Notes: a model not told the origin generated them from the sequence alone. 64,000 bases of DNA from Octopus bimaculoides (GCF_001194135.2 NC_068997.1:10987021-11051020); one strand, 5' to 3'; positions 11,951 to 25,433 are shown, counted from the first letter of the stretch. Translations and numbers: made by a program.

Positions 11951-13554
11951 ATGCAAACTAACTAATAGTCTATTTCTAAAGACGTCAATAACAGTACATA
12001 AATTGTATTTTTAATACGTTTTAAGTAATAGATCAAAATAATATATGATGAAATCCTACCAAATGGTAATGGTTATATATATAATAGTTAATGTAAACAA
12101 ATGCAGTCTGCCATTACAAGGTGGTGGTCCATTAATTTATTTCTAGTGAGTAAATCAAAATCGTTCCCAGACTTTTAATATTTTTGAAATCTGTTCCCGT
12201 TTAGAAAATATATTTCAACAGAGAACTACTTTGTAAATGATGTTTACAAAATCTACAAATAAAATGAGTGTTCTTTAGTTGTTATTACTGAAATCCATAT
12301 AGCCGAAGGATGTTTATAAAAATTAAGTATTCCTATTTTCTTTTAAAGGTTATAAGAATTTTCAGAATATATTGGAAATTTGCATGTGTTTTTGCTTACA
12401 TTTGAAACTATTAAATATGAAGTTGGATCTACAGAGAAATATAATATCACTGGAATAATTAAATGGAAATAATATTGTATTTGTTTTCTGTTTGGCAGCA
12501 AGGAAATATAACCCTCATCATAAAATACTGGTTGTTTATTATGAGTAATTCCAGATGTTCTCATTGCCTCAAGATAAAATTACATGGGCAAAAAGTTTGG
12601 ATTTAACTAATGTATTAAAGCCCTTTTAGACAATTTTTTGTAGCTACATACATGGACAACACACAAATATGTTTCAATCCAAAATTACACATATATACAT
12701 ACAAGTATAAAAAATTGCGCATGTATCTATTTGTTTGCACGTGTATGTATACATGTGTGTGTGAGTGTGTATGAGTGCGTGCGTATGTCAGTGTATGTGT
12801 GTATTATGCGTGCCACAAGCAAAAGTATATTTACTTGGACTACATTAGCAGTAGTTATGGTGTGCATTTTAATTTATAAGATTTCTCAGGGAAAATATTT
12901 TCTAGTTGAAGTTATTGCGTAATGAAATCACCTCAAAATGTACATTCCCCATGTATAAGAGCAAATACATATAAATTTGAAAAAAATTTATTTTCCTCAT
13001 AAAGCCACTGACTGTCACGTTTGAAGTATATGTAAACAGATGTAGATTACAACCTGTTTTATTGGCTACGTAGTAAAACACGAGCAGAGTGCAAATAGGA
13101 ATGGAAAAATTAAGTTTACTTAGGTATATATTTAATACTACTGTAAATTATATTTATGAGCGTCTCGATTTCAAACAAACCTTTCAATACTGTGAATTAT
13201 TTAACACTGTTATTTTTTTTAAAAACAAAATCAAATAATATTAGATGTCACTAAATGCGATAATGTTTTTTTTCTACCTGTCAGTATAATATTTTATTAA
13301 ACTTACCACGCTAACTAATTACTATATATTTTGGGTTTCAAGTTAAACAATTTGTCCGAAATTTGAAACAGCGATATATTCTTTAGTGCATTGCTAGCTC
13401 GTGTTTTATAGAGCAGACAAAGAAAAGAATATGAATTTCGCGCTGTCAACTAGCAAAGGACTTGTGAAATTCGGGGAGCTATCTCTGTCTCTTCGGTCTG
13501 TATATCTCTCTTTCTCACGCTCTCCCCCCTCTCTCTCTCTCTCTTTGTCAACAG

Positions 13555-13627
13555 TATGGCGAGAGTGAAAATACCTGAAGGAAATGCACTACATACTATA
13601 TACAAATATCGTAATATTTGTAATACG
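13555..13627 (+). CDS. Candidate short exon (MARVKIPEGNALHTIYKYRNICNT), unknown product
   Basis: Long CT tract plus caacag acceptor at 13554, donor acg|gtgagg at 13628, only one open frame; no homology recognised. Confidence 0.15.
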
Positions 13628-13699
13628 GTGAGGCCACAAAACACTTCATTATATTCCTGTAATTTATTAACTGTGTACTTCACTAATACCACACCACCT

Positions 13700-13820
13700 G
13701 GCACACCGTCGATTACAACGAAGTGAGTTCTAGTTTATCCGTTCAATGGAACAGCCTTTTTGTTAAATTAACCTGGAAGTGGCCGGAACGAAACTTCTTA
13801 CCACACAGCCACTCCTGCCA
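13700..13820 (-). mobile_element. Chimeric SINE fragment: family A head fused to family B tail
   Basis: RC reads ggcaggagtggctgtgtggtaagaagtttcgttcc then ggccacttccaggttaattt...ggctgttccattgaacggat...gacggtgtgccag. Confidence 0.65.
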
Positions 13821-14253
13821 TGGGATAAACTTTTACACTAGCTGCTAACCAAATGTCATTTCATAATTCCGAGCCGAGCGTAAAATGCCCTTGCACTTAA
13901 TAGGCATAAAATAGTTTTTGCTTAGACAAATTTAATCAATATTTTAATATTTTTTATATAATTTCTTTGTGATACTGAAATCGAAATAACTGAATCTGCA
14001 AATAAAATGAGAAACATTGTTTTCGTTGTCATAATGTAATTAATTTCGCATTCTGTTTAGAGAAAATTTAAATCATGTTTATTCATTTATACAATTTCAT
14101 TACTTGTTATTTTATCAATAAAATGCCGTTAATTCATTAATTCATAAAGTGTATTTTGTAGCCACCTGCAATGTGTAATATTAGCTCTTGTTATATTTAC
14201 TTTGAGTGATTAGTTATAAAGTGATATATTTGTTTGTCTTTGTTTTCCATAAG

Positions 14254-14288
14254 TTCTGCAAAGGTGACTCCGAAATGTATTTTTATAC
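14254..14288 (+). CDS. Candidate 35-nt exon (FCKGDSEMYFYT in phase 0)
   Basis: ttgtttgtctttgttttccataag acceptor and a consensus gtaagt donor at 14289. Confidence 0.15.
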
Positions 14289-14860
14289 GTAAGTTTTATG
14301 AGTACGATTTTAATTGCGCATATAATTATTTATTAAATTCTTTTATTGATCTCAACACTGATGAATAATGTGATGTTTATCCCAAGCTGAGCTCTGATTA
14401 AGCGGAATTATTAAAAGAAGACCTCGGCTATCATGTCATTTCACTGGCTACAGACGATTCCAATTTAGAAACTACAAGGGTTTCCTATTCAGAAGCTCAT
14501 CTGCTCAGACACCCAACTAAACGGAGTTTTGGAGTGTCGTGGTGGATGACTCAATTCCAGAAATTCTTCAGCAACAACGACAATGATGGAGAACAGTGTT
14601 GTTCGCTGTTTGTGAGACAATTATGTGCAGTTCCTAACTTTAAGAGACAAAATACGTTATCGCTTGTAGAACGAATCCAACTGTCAATTGAGTATTAATG
14701 AAGCTTGGAGGAAAACATTTTATTTTTAACGAATGCCCTGTTAGTGTTAATCTGTCTCTTGATTATGGTGGAGGAATTTGTCATGTTAAAATGTTTCAGA
14801 CAATTTTTTCTCATAACATATAGAATTATTAGATATATGATTGACATATATCTAATATAT

Positions 14861-15024
14861 ATGCGCTGTTTATCTTGATATGAGATCACTATGTCACACA
14901 CATATGGTTGTGATGCATGTGCCCGGTGTACCCTTATCAGACGGGCAGTCATGATGGGTATGATGGGCTTCATATATTTTACTCCAGTGTCACTTTAATG
15001 GCATGCACTGCTCTCTCGCTCAAT
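14861..15024 (+). mobile_element. (TAA)n-anchored non-coding interspersed repeat, truncated copy
   Basis: Homologous to the reverse complement of 4103-4265; followed by (AAT)/(GAT)/(GAA) tracts. Confidence 0.8.
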
Positions 15025-15055
15025 AGTAATAATAATAATAATGATGATGATGATG

Positions 15056-15102
<47 letters not shown>

Positions 15103-15185
15103 NNNNNNNNNNAAGAAGAAGAAGAAGAAGAAGAAGAAGAAGAAGAAGAAGAAGAAGAAGAAGAAGAAGAAGAAGAAGAAGAAAA
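15025..15185. repeat. (AAT)n/(GAT)n/(GAA)n compound microsatellite
   Basis: Directly visible. Confidence 0.95.
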
Positions 15186-15345
15186 AGAATGGTCTATATA
15201 CTTCACTTTGGTTAATTCAGCGGAATTTGAAACCAATATGTAAAGACTGACGAAATGCCTCTTAGCACTTTACCCGGCGTGCTAACGATTTAGCTTATCA
15301 TTATTCGTAAAAGTTTAAATTATCGTTATTTTTTATTTTCATCAT

Positions 15346-15366
15346 CATCATCATCATCATCATCAC

Positions 15367-15425
<59 letters not shown>
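15346..15425. repeat. (CAT)n-(TAG)n microsatellite
   Basis: Directly visible. Confidence 0.95.
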
Positions 15426-16719
15426 AGCTGATGTAAAATTCGTAACTCTCTTGTGGGCTAATTGTTGCCAACGAAGATCACCATTAGTTTCCTTGGAAAC
15501 TGGATTTTAATGTAATTTTATCTTTTCACAAGTTTAAAACTTGAACGAACCTAGCAAACATCTTTTCATACTTTCATTTTCAGAGGTCAGAATGTGAATA
15601 AAATGTCAGAAAGATTTCCATTTGAAAAGTTCCAGATTTGTTTTCTTTATATTTTCGCTTTGAATTAAAAAAAAATAAATAAATAAATTATTTCTGTAAC
15701 GCAAAGCGAAATCAATGTGAATCAAGGAGTAACCTTATTGGACACTATAACTCATTGGGGGAAAATATCAAAAGTCAAGTAATTTGAAGAAGCAAGTATC
15801 AGTATAATAAATTTCGCCTGATAACCGATATTCATCTACAGGGTTCACAGTCCTTTATTGCTAACAATAACGAAAGTTTTACGTAAAGTCCATAAACGTA
15901 CATGATGTGCAATTTAATCTTTCCTTCAATACATTCCCCACTTCTCCAGCTTCTTAAAAGTTATTATACAATGCTCATATTAGCATTTTCTTCGGTGAAG
16001 CGATATTCATTTGAAAGTATGACCTTGCATATTGTTGTTTAACGCCAGATCAATTCAGATCGATCAAATTTAGGATCAAAAGAACTCCACATTGCATGCA
16101 AAAGGACATTCCATGTTATATGAGCTTGTATGTAATACGAAGCAACATGTAAGATGATGCTACATGTAAGATGCAGCATCATCTATTACGGGCATGTGAC
16201 ATGAAAAAATACGGCATCTATTGCATCGCAAGCATGTGTTCAAACTTACCAGATTTCATTTGTTTAAATACATTTCCCTGAGTTTATTTAACCTAAAATC
16301 AATCCCGATAAAATATTCGCTCCATGAATGGTGTTTAAGTTATGAACATCTCATCCTATAGCTCTACTGTGGTGTATTACTATTAGAGAAACGAATGCCC
16401 AACTTCTTTACTATAACAGGCTTCTAAAGTACGATATATATATATCTGTCGAAAAGTATTCATGATTGGCTGGAACAGGATATCCTAATTGTTTAGTAGA
16501 TTTTCAATTTATTTTAAATTCTGAGCCTGCCCATATTGCATTATATGTTCCATAACCCGGCCTCTTCTGCGTTGTTATAAACCACAATTTACATTAATGC
16601 TTGCATATATGTATGTATATATGAATGTATGAATGCATTATATAAATGTATTTAATAACATGCATACACACACAGACACAGATATATATATATATATATG
16701 TATATACATACATACATAC

Positions 16720-16751
<32 letters not shown>

Positions 16752-17262
16752 GTACGTGTGTGTGTGTGTGTGTCTGTATTATTTTCTTGAGGTTATTTCT
16801 ACTACAGACATTCTATATCTAGCACTGATGTTTGCTACAGTTTCGTATCGAGACGTCAGATATAAAGAGACAATATGATCGAAGGCAGAAAGTGGGTAAT
16901 GAGTGTATATGCCATATTTCGGGGGTTCTTTCCCCACTTCTTCATCACTCGTCTATTGCATCAGAGCACATTCCCTACATAGCCACCGCATACAGAGGTG
17001 TATCGTTATTGAATATACCAATTTACGTGTTAGACCCGTTCCTGGGAATAGTAGATAAACGTTAATTTAAACATTACCCAGAAATCTTTAATATATATAT
17101 NNNNNNNNNNNNNNNNNNNNNNNNNNNNNNNNNNNNNNNNNNNNNNNNNNNNNNNNNNNNNNNNNNNNNNNNNNNNNNNNNNNNNNNNNNNNNNNNNNNN
17201 NNNNNNNNNNNNNNNNNNNNNNNNNNNNNNNNNNNNNNNNNNNNNNNNNNNNNNNATATATA

Positions 17263-17307
<45 letters not shown>

Positions 17308-17703
17308 AAATATAGTCATAGGCATATAGATAAGGACATATATTTCAGAAACAATGAATGATAGGAAGTATGAAAAGATTATAGAATTTAAATCTCGGGT
17401 TAATTAAAATTCATCCAATATGGTTTTTTTTTAAAGAACATTTCTAAATACACAATCATTGATTCCCGTGATGTAAGCTGTTATAATCTAGATAATACCA
17501 TGGGGGATAAAACTCTCACCGAGATAACCGGTATATTAACAGAAAATCAGATTTTCCTTGAAAACATGATGCAGGTGCAGCATATAATGTTTTTCCTCTT
17601 TTGTCCGATCTGGAGTCTAAATTAACGGTTTACACATACACAAGTACGCACACACACATACACATACAAATACACACACACTCCTGCACACACTCCTGTA
17701 TCT

Positions 17704-17770
17704 ATGTATCTATCTACCTATAAATATATGTATATATATATATATTTGTGTGTATATACATGTATATATG

Positions 17771-17803
<33 letters not shown>

Positions 17804-17945
17804 GTATATATATGTACATATATGTGCATGTATATGTATTTATATATATGTATATCCATATATTTATATATATTGGTGTATTCGCAGTTTCTGTTTGCCT
17901 CTATTTCTATGTGTGCATATGTGTATCTCCCTCTCTCTCTCTCTT

Positions 17946-18026
<81 letters not shown>

Positions 18027-18107
18027 TTCTCTCTNNNNNNNNNNNNNNNNNNNNNNNNNNNNNNNNNNNNNNNNNNNNNNNNNNNNNNNNNNNNNNNNNN
18101 NNNNNNN

Positions 18108-18160
<53 letters not shown>
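17704..18160. repeat. Degenerate (TA)/(TATG) tract followed by (CT)n tracts around a gap
   Basis: Directly visible. Confidence 0.93.
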
Positions 18161-18162
<2 letters not shown>

Positions 18163-20526
18163 TCTTTTCACTTGTGTGTATTTCATATGATTTGAAGTTT
18201 ATGTAAAATATATGTTGTCACTAGGGCATCCTAACAAAATCCATTATCGTTTTGTGTATATGAACGGAAAAAAATTCCCTCATACAAAATGTTATTTGAA
18301 ATATCAGGAATACGTAATGCATTCTAAAAATAATTTAGGCACTTTTTTGTGATTATGATTCTTGAATAATCTCAGTATTGTTCTGCATTTGATAACATAT
18401 CAGAAAATGCATCTGCAAATACATATTGTGTGCTTTTTTGCATCTTAAATCCTGTAACTTACATCGAGTCCTAAATATATTCACATGTTACTCTTGGAAT
18501 TATAGTTTCAGAAAAGTAGATTTATAATCGAATATGTTTGAATGAAGTTTGCAACTGCATCAGCAAGCCAGTAGGAGATTCCTAAATATGAGACCTTAAG
18601 TAGTCGCTTCACTTGATATAAATAAGCTAATTCACCATCAAATACCACTTTACCTTTTCAGAAAGAAAGGGAAAAAGCGAAACAAATCAAAAAATGAATA
18701 GAAAACGAACAAATGGAGGTCACTTTACATAATACAGTTCACAATTTTTACGATCTTGAGGAATTTGCAATCCAATGCAAGGTCATTCTAATACGCTATA
18801 TATTTCAGATCTAAAGCTGAGTATGTATCCCAAACAATGATAGCTGAATCATTAACAATCGCAACAGCAAGGAAAACAACATAAATTAAAATTTAAATTA
18901 TGTTATTTCCCTTTGAATTTAATTAATCCAACAGCAAAGTGGCGTGATGGTAGGTTTTCATTCAGCAATCCGGTACGAAAATAGTGTAGTTAAAAGTAGC
19001 TGAAGATTACGAGATTATAGTCGTACAATTTTCTTCTAACGGACTTCAGGCCACGCACACGGTCAATTTTAGTGTGTCAATCGTGTATTTAACGCTGTTA
19101 ATATTATTTGTCTCAAGATTTAATGTAACAAAAAAAAAAATAGTAATGCTTTATTGACTGGTTGGAAACGATATGACTACTGGTGATATACTTGCAACAA
19201 AGAATGAACAACAAGTCAAATATAATGTTTAATGTTTCTGCCATTAAAGAATGAAATGCAGTTCTCACTTCATTATTACGAGGAATGTTAAATAACGTGA
19301 CATGTAAACATTTACATCGGCCAGTAATGGCTGTAGATGCAATAGAGTCTTTAGCTTTATAGATACATATACATATTCCGCTACAATTCGGGAACAGATT
19401 TGCTTAAACCTGGTTGTATTGCATACACACAAACACACACACACGTGCGCGCACACACAGAGAAACTCACCCGCACATACACTCAGATATATGTATATGT
19501 ATATACAGAGAAAGAGACAGAGAGAGGGTTAGAGAGAAAGAGAGAGCGAGTGAATGATGCAATAAAAAATTAAATCCGCTTGCACTAGATATATAAAATA
19601 TGCATACGGGTATGCAATAAAGAGAAACCAACGACTGGAAATATTCAGACAATGAAGGTTCCTGTATGAATACATAAATATTTATATATTAATAGAGCAA
19701 CCATACACGGTACAAAGATACTGAAAATTAAGTGAAGATGGTGCGCTCTTACTTGCTGGACAGCTGTTTCTGGGGTCTCGCAATTACTTCCAAATATTGG
19801 CAGATGTAGTTCGTAAGAATATGAAACCAGTAGAAATATAGAAACATTACATAGATCTGGCTTCCATTTCAGAGTGGAAAGATAAGTAGCTAACCAACAT
19901 ACGTATTTAACTTTTCAGGAATCCGACGTTATAGCAACGTGAAGAGAATTGTGGATTAGAAATGTTTCATGGTGGTTAGTTGGAATCTTCTATATGATAG
20001 TGAAGTTCGTTTAACTTTTGTCGTTTGCTAACAAGTGATATTTGTTTTCTTATGGTTATGTCTCGTTTATCCGAATGTTTGAGTTTCTGATTGTCAACTT
20101 GATATTCCGCTTATATCATTTGTCAAGTTATGAAAATTAAGGCAGTTTTGGGATGGTTGTGTAACTGTAAATGTACCTGACACTGCATATGTTTCACGTC
20201 ATCTGGCATATAACATTAAGTTGCAAACATATCTCTGTTTTGCAGAAGGAAAATTTAGCCTGCGTGATAGGATGTTGGCGTTGCGGAGAGTAATTCAAGC
20301 GTCTTTATCTGCAACACTTGAATCTTGATAGCCTTTGCAGATGTTAATGCTGGTGCGCTTGTACAAGTGCTGTTTCTTCTTGCAACAATTATCGCCATAA
20401 TTCGTTTAATTTCTTAGTTTGATTCATACGTGGCAAGGTATGAAATAGATGCTTGATATTAATTTACTCCCGTCATACTTTGGAACTGTTTAGACATCGT
20501 GATCCATTCACATATCATATAAAAAG

Positions 20527-20832
20527 TCACATAAAAAGGGTTGAATTTCTCTGCATTAAATCTCCTTCATCAGTTAGAATTAGGGATGACTTGTATTGCT
20601 CAATTAGGCCTCTGGTAGCGTATATCCAGTAGAGATTGATAGCTGCATTACTCCACTCAGTTATTCTATTTTGAATACCGATAGGGGAGAGACCCCTCAC
20701 GGTGCGGCGTGCTTTGTAATTGTTATCGACATTAGCCAAGATCTCGAATATTGTGCGAGCCTCCTTCAACATCCGATTATTCAGATGGTCGATAAAGGTA
20801 ATATAAAATAGTACTGAATGACTGAAACTCAT
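20527..20832 (-). CDS. Orphan 101-codon coding-like ORF, unknown product
   Basis: Non-repetitive, GC-elevated, mixed amino-acid composition (DHLNNRMLKEARTIFEILANVDNNYKARRTVRGLSPIG...); no family recognised. Confidence 0.2.
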   Translation of the reverse strand: MSFSHSVLFYITFIDHLNNRMLKEARTIFEILANVDNNYKARRTVRGLSPIGIQNRITEWSNAAINLYWIYATRGLIEQYKSSLILTDEGDLMQRNSTLFM

Positions 20833-23034
20833 GAAGAGATATGATGTCTGTTTCTATATATGCTTGATGAAACTAAATGGCATGATTTTTCCAGACAGAA
20901 GGTAATAGATGTCTGTAGACTGAGATATCTGAACAATAGTTATAGCTTAAAATACATGCAGAGTAGCCACAGTAAGAAAACTAGTCATACCCTTGTTTTT
21001 TTCTTTTCTTTTCAAGTAATACGAAATGGTATTAATGACATCTTCACTTAGAATTTACTGAGAATTAAATATTTTCAGGTTAATATTTCTGTTCATAATG
21101 GCTAATATTAGATCTCCGGCCGCATCAATATGTCCCTTTAAATGTAATATAATACACACACTAATTTATAAACACGCGTGGAAACTCTCACGTATATATA
21201 AAATGTATGCATGTGTGTATGCATGCATGTTGTATGTATATACATTTATAGTTGCATTTACAAACTTAATATATGTAGTAAATTTTATATTTTTTTTCTA
21301 TTCACTACTAAATATTCCTTTTGTTGTAACCTTGTTTCTTGTGTTTCGTTTATCAGGCAGCGAATATTTCGGAACAACAGGTATATTTAGTATAATGTAA
21401 AATTACACTCAACATGACATTTAGTAAAAATATGACAACAATAAGTCAACACTTGAAATAAGATGAGAAAAAAGTTTCTTTAGAAGTTTCAGCGTTTGCT
21501 AGGATATATGGCAACTGATAGTTTATTGGCAATAAAGCAAGAAAAACAAACAAAACAAAATAATCGGAATATATTCAGTATTGCCAGCGGTAATGTTGAT
21601 AAGACACAATAATTTAAGAAACATGCTGGTGTTAATGATACATCATTATCATCATCATCATCGTCGTCGTCACCGCCACCACCAAGAAAAACATTAACAT
21701 AAATAGCAACAACATGTATACTAGCAGTAGCAGTATTACTAGTAATGGTAATAATAATCATTATTTCGTTATTGGCCATAAGACTGGTTCATCCAAAACT
21801 CTTACGAAACGGATAGACAGTATATAAGCAATATTCCGCTGTGTAAGTATTGAATGAACAAAGTTTGTCGAAAACGGAAAACTGCACCGAAAAATAGGTT
21901 AAACATGCTAAACATACAGCAGGGAGATTCTGCTATCTAAGAAACACTAGGGCGTCTCACAAATACGATCAGATTTCGCTGTCACTAAATGAAGGATATT
22001 TTATTTAAAGATATCTGCCAGTGATATTTCCAATTCTTATTTCCTTGGGAGAAAAAAATGTGATGCTTTCTTGGCAAGGCAGAAATACATCTAATTGATT
22101 TTACTAGGCTGGTGCCAACCCCTCCAACAAAATGTTGTCGGGCTTTCGATCACTATATATTGTAAGACGTTGGCCATTCATGTTTCTGCCCTAAGTCCTA
22201 GGACGATGTACACTGATTTGTGTTGCTGTCAAATGTATTGTTCAGTACGCTAAGTTTTCTTCTAGAATACTATTGTTTGTTTTTATTTTCTATCATTTGT
22301 TTTCGTTTTGTGTATACATTTATAGTTTTACTATTTTCGTCTCTCTCTGTTGGTGGTTGTCAGTTTCAAACTCGTAAGACTGTGAGTTTGAGAGACCACA
22401 TTCATTAATAATTGGTTATACAAATGTGGGTAACCAAACAACAAGAAAGAGTACCATGCATTGGATATTTAGAGATAGACAGCACAGTGGGGAGAAATCA
22501 GTTGAAGTTTAAGTACTAACTATTAATAGTTGAACACACGAGAACTTATTAGAAATGTTGAATGCATTTATAGCTAATTAGATTTTAATGGAAGGTTAGT
22601 GGACATTTGCTGGGTTGATTACACTCGAGCTTTTTGCCCATGTCGCTGATATAGCATATGTTTGCTGGGTACTTTTATGAGAATACATTTGTCGGTTGGG
22701 TAGGCTTAGGCTATTGCAAGTGGAAATATGATCTATGCGTGTACATATGAAAATTATGTATTCATAAGTATGTGTGTTTATATTCGTGTTTTCTATATTG
22801 TTATATGGGTGTGTATACATGCGTCTCTGTGTGAGCATAATGTGTGTAAACGCGTGTATATGTCATTGTGTACCGACTATTATGGAATGTGTAAATATGG
22901 AACAGCTTAGTCATGAAAATCTCAGTAGAAAAGAGTAAAGAAACCGATGAATCATTCACGGAGACACTTGTCAAGTGTTCTTACTCATTAGGTAATACAG
23001 TAGGTTTTCGAAAATGTGTGATCACATTTACAAC

Positions 23035-23302
23035 CAGGTAACTTTGAATGAACTGCTTCGATTTAACTGCTTGGATTTTTCCCCATCCAGTCAATTTTGA
23101 GCCCATCACCAACGTTAGTCTTCGGGAAAAATTCCAACCTTAGTTGATCTTTCATTTCCTTCTCTATTATCTCGTTGAACTCTAGTACAAGGTATTTGTA
23201 ACCATCCATCTCAACTTGTTTAATCAAGTCTTTATTCAGTAATTCTATCCCTGTTAGGGAGTGTAGCTTACCTCTTTTTAGGTAGATTATTCCGTACTCC
23301 TT

Positions 23303-23305
<3 letters not shown>
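23035..23305 (-). pseudogene. R4/Dong-type non-LTR retrotransposon ORF relic (C-terminal RT/thumb region)
   Basis: Minus translation DKEYGIIYLKRGKLHSLTGIELLNKDLIKQVEMDGYKYLVLEFNEIIEKEMKDQLRLEFF, then a frameshift to RRLTLVMGSKLTGWGKIQAV; matches the R4-clade pattern DKC..L.LKRGK....GIEL....I......YKYLG.LE......EMK......RRL.LVL.SKLNG.NKIQA. Confidence 0.8.
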
Positions 23306-23439
<134 letters not shown>

Positions 23440-23575
23440 CCAGTAGTTTTATTTTTATAACGTGCTTTCACTTCACTACCGAGCGCAGCTCTGTGCGCCT
23501 TGGGTATGTGCTGTGGTTTGCTGTGGTGCTCTTATGTTTACTGTATTGAAAGTGTTTTGCGTAGAATGTGTGCAG
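23440..23575 (-). mobile_element. 3' end (ORF C-terminus and 3' UTR) of an R4/Dong-type element, running into a gap
   Basis: RC encodes AHILRKTLSIQ* then a ~105-nt UTR ending ataaaaataaaactactggataataataat; 73/74 identical to 50153-50226; (TTA)n on both sides of element plus gap. Confidence 0.8.
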
Positions 23576-23899
23576 NNNNNNNNNNNNNNNNNNNNNNNNN
23601 NNNNNNNNNNNNNNNNNNNNNNNNNNNNNNNNNNNNNNNNNNNNNNNNNNNNNNNNNNNNNNNNNNNNNNNNNNNNNNNNNNNNNNNNNNNNNNNNNNNN
23701 NNNNNNNNNNNNNNNNNNNNNNNNNNNNNNNNNNNNNNNNNNNNNNNNNNNNNNNNNNNNNNNNNNNNNNNNNNNNNNNNNNNNNNNNNNNNNNNNNNNN
23801 NNNNNNNNNNNNNNNNNNNNNNNNNNNNNNNNNNNNNNNNNNNNNNNNNNNNNNNNNNNNNNNNNNNNNNNNNNNNNNNNNNNNNNNNNNNNNNNNNNN

Positions 23900-23900
<1 letters not shown>

Positions 23901-23968
<68 letters not shown>
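23901..23968. repeat. (TTA)n microsatellite
   Basis: Directly visible. Confidence 0.96.
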
Positions 23969-23969
<1 letters not shown>

Positions 23970-25433
23970 GTTTTCGTTGTTGTTTCTTTGTTTTATACCA
24001 GTTGTTTAGTAAGAAAAAAATTAGAAATATTCATGGAGAGCAATTATATTTAAGGTGTATGTGCATTTATGGATATAGAATGATTGTCTCTGTTTTTAAA
24101 GATTGCAGGTGCGTGAGGTTGGAACTAGAAATACGACGATATCTGACTATTTGGAGATAATTGGCGTAAGAGCAGAAAGGCACTTATTGCACAAGTGTTA
24201 ATCAATTTTTCAACATTTCTATGTAAAAAATGAGAAAGTTAAATATCTTGGTAACAGTTTCATCAACCGTTAATTAGATTATAGTGACTCGATCAGCACG
24301 TTTGCGGTAGTTTTCGTATACAGTGTTGCTGGCTACTTGCATGTTGTTGTCTCTTTACTTAGGATGTGTTTGTGTCATAGAAGTTACATGATGGTCGGTG
24401 GGTGTATGTGTAGTTTTGTTTGGGTGTATACATGGGTGTGAGTGTCTGTTTGTTATTGCTTGATTACCGTAATGAAATATATAGATATGTAACAGTCTAG
24501 GAATGCTACTCTCCTTTACAAAAAAGAGGCAAAGAAACAAACTATCAAACACGATTCGAAGGTAGGTGTGTGTAAAGTATTTCTAGTCTTTAGATAATTC
24601 ATTGGAATGGGAGTAAAATTTCGAATCCGACATTCGATACAATAAGTAGTCCAATAGATATACTTATTCTTAAGTAAGGAAAACATTCGTATAGTATATA
24701 TTATAGAATTGAGTAGTATATATATATATATTTCCAGGAACGTTTGAAATTTTGTGATGATTAAGTGATAACAGCTATTGTACTGTGCGACCAACCAGAA
24801 AAAAGAAACGATTGAATAATTGCATGCATTAAATATACTTTGTCCCTGTTTTCCTCCCCATCTCTCTATGTCGGCCTCTCTGTCGGCCTCTCTGTCGGTT
24901 TCTCTGTCTCCCTTTCATTTCCCCCCTCTTTCTCTCCTTCTCTCTTGCATTCAGTATATAGCCGATGTGAAAATCTTGCTGTGAGGTAACTTATCATTCT
25001 GTTTTCCATTTTTTTTTGTTTCCTCTTTATTTGAAGATTTTTGTGATTTTATCATCATTATAACGGCTAAATAGATAGATAAATATCAAATCGAGTTGAC
25101 ACAATTTTCACTCCTATTTAATGGAAATGGAGAAATTAATCCCTTAGGTAGTCGTACAACGTTTCCCCGCTGTCATTTATTTCAGTAGATATACAAAATT
25201 GTAGGCAAATATATAAGCGGCACCAGGCTTGAAAGCGATTGACAGAAAGAAACAAACAGAAAAAGAAAACTGAAAACCGCATAACTCGCTTGCCAAGAAA
25301 CAAAAAAGAGAAAACGTCCGAAATTTTGATGAATGTTTGATTTCGAATAATCGACAAACACTAACTATTGCTACTATGGTAGCAAGAACAAAAAAACATT
25401 AATACATTCAACATTATTTCCCTCTCTGTATAT

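Noticed and set aside
14420-14520. Second possible hammerhead on the minus strand (cagatga...GAAAtgacatga)
   Set aside because: The core is not CUGANGA, and stems I and II do not pair
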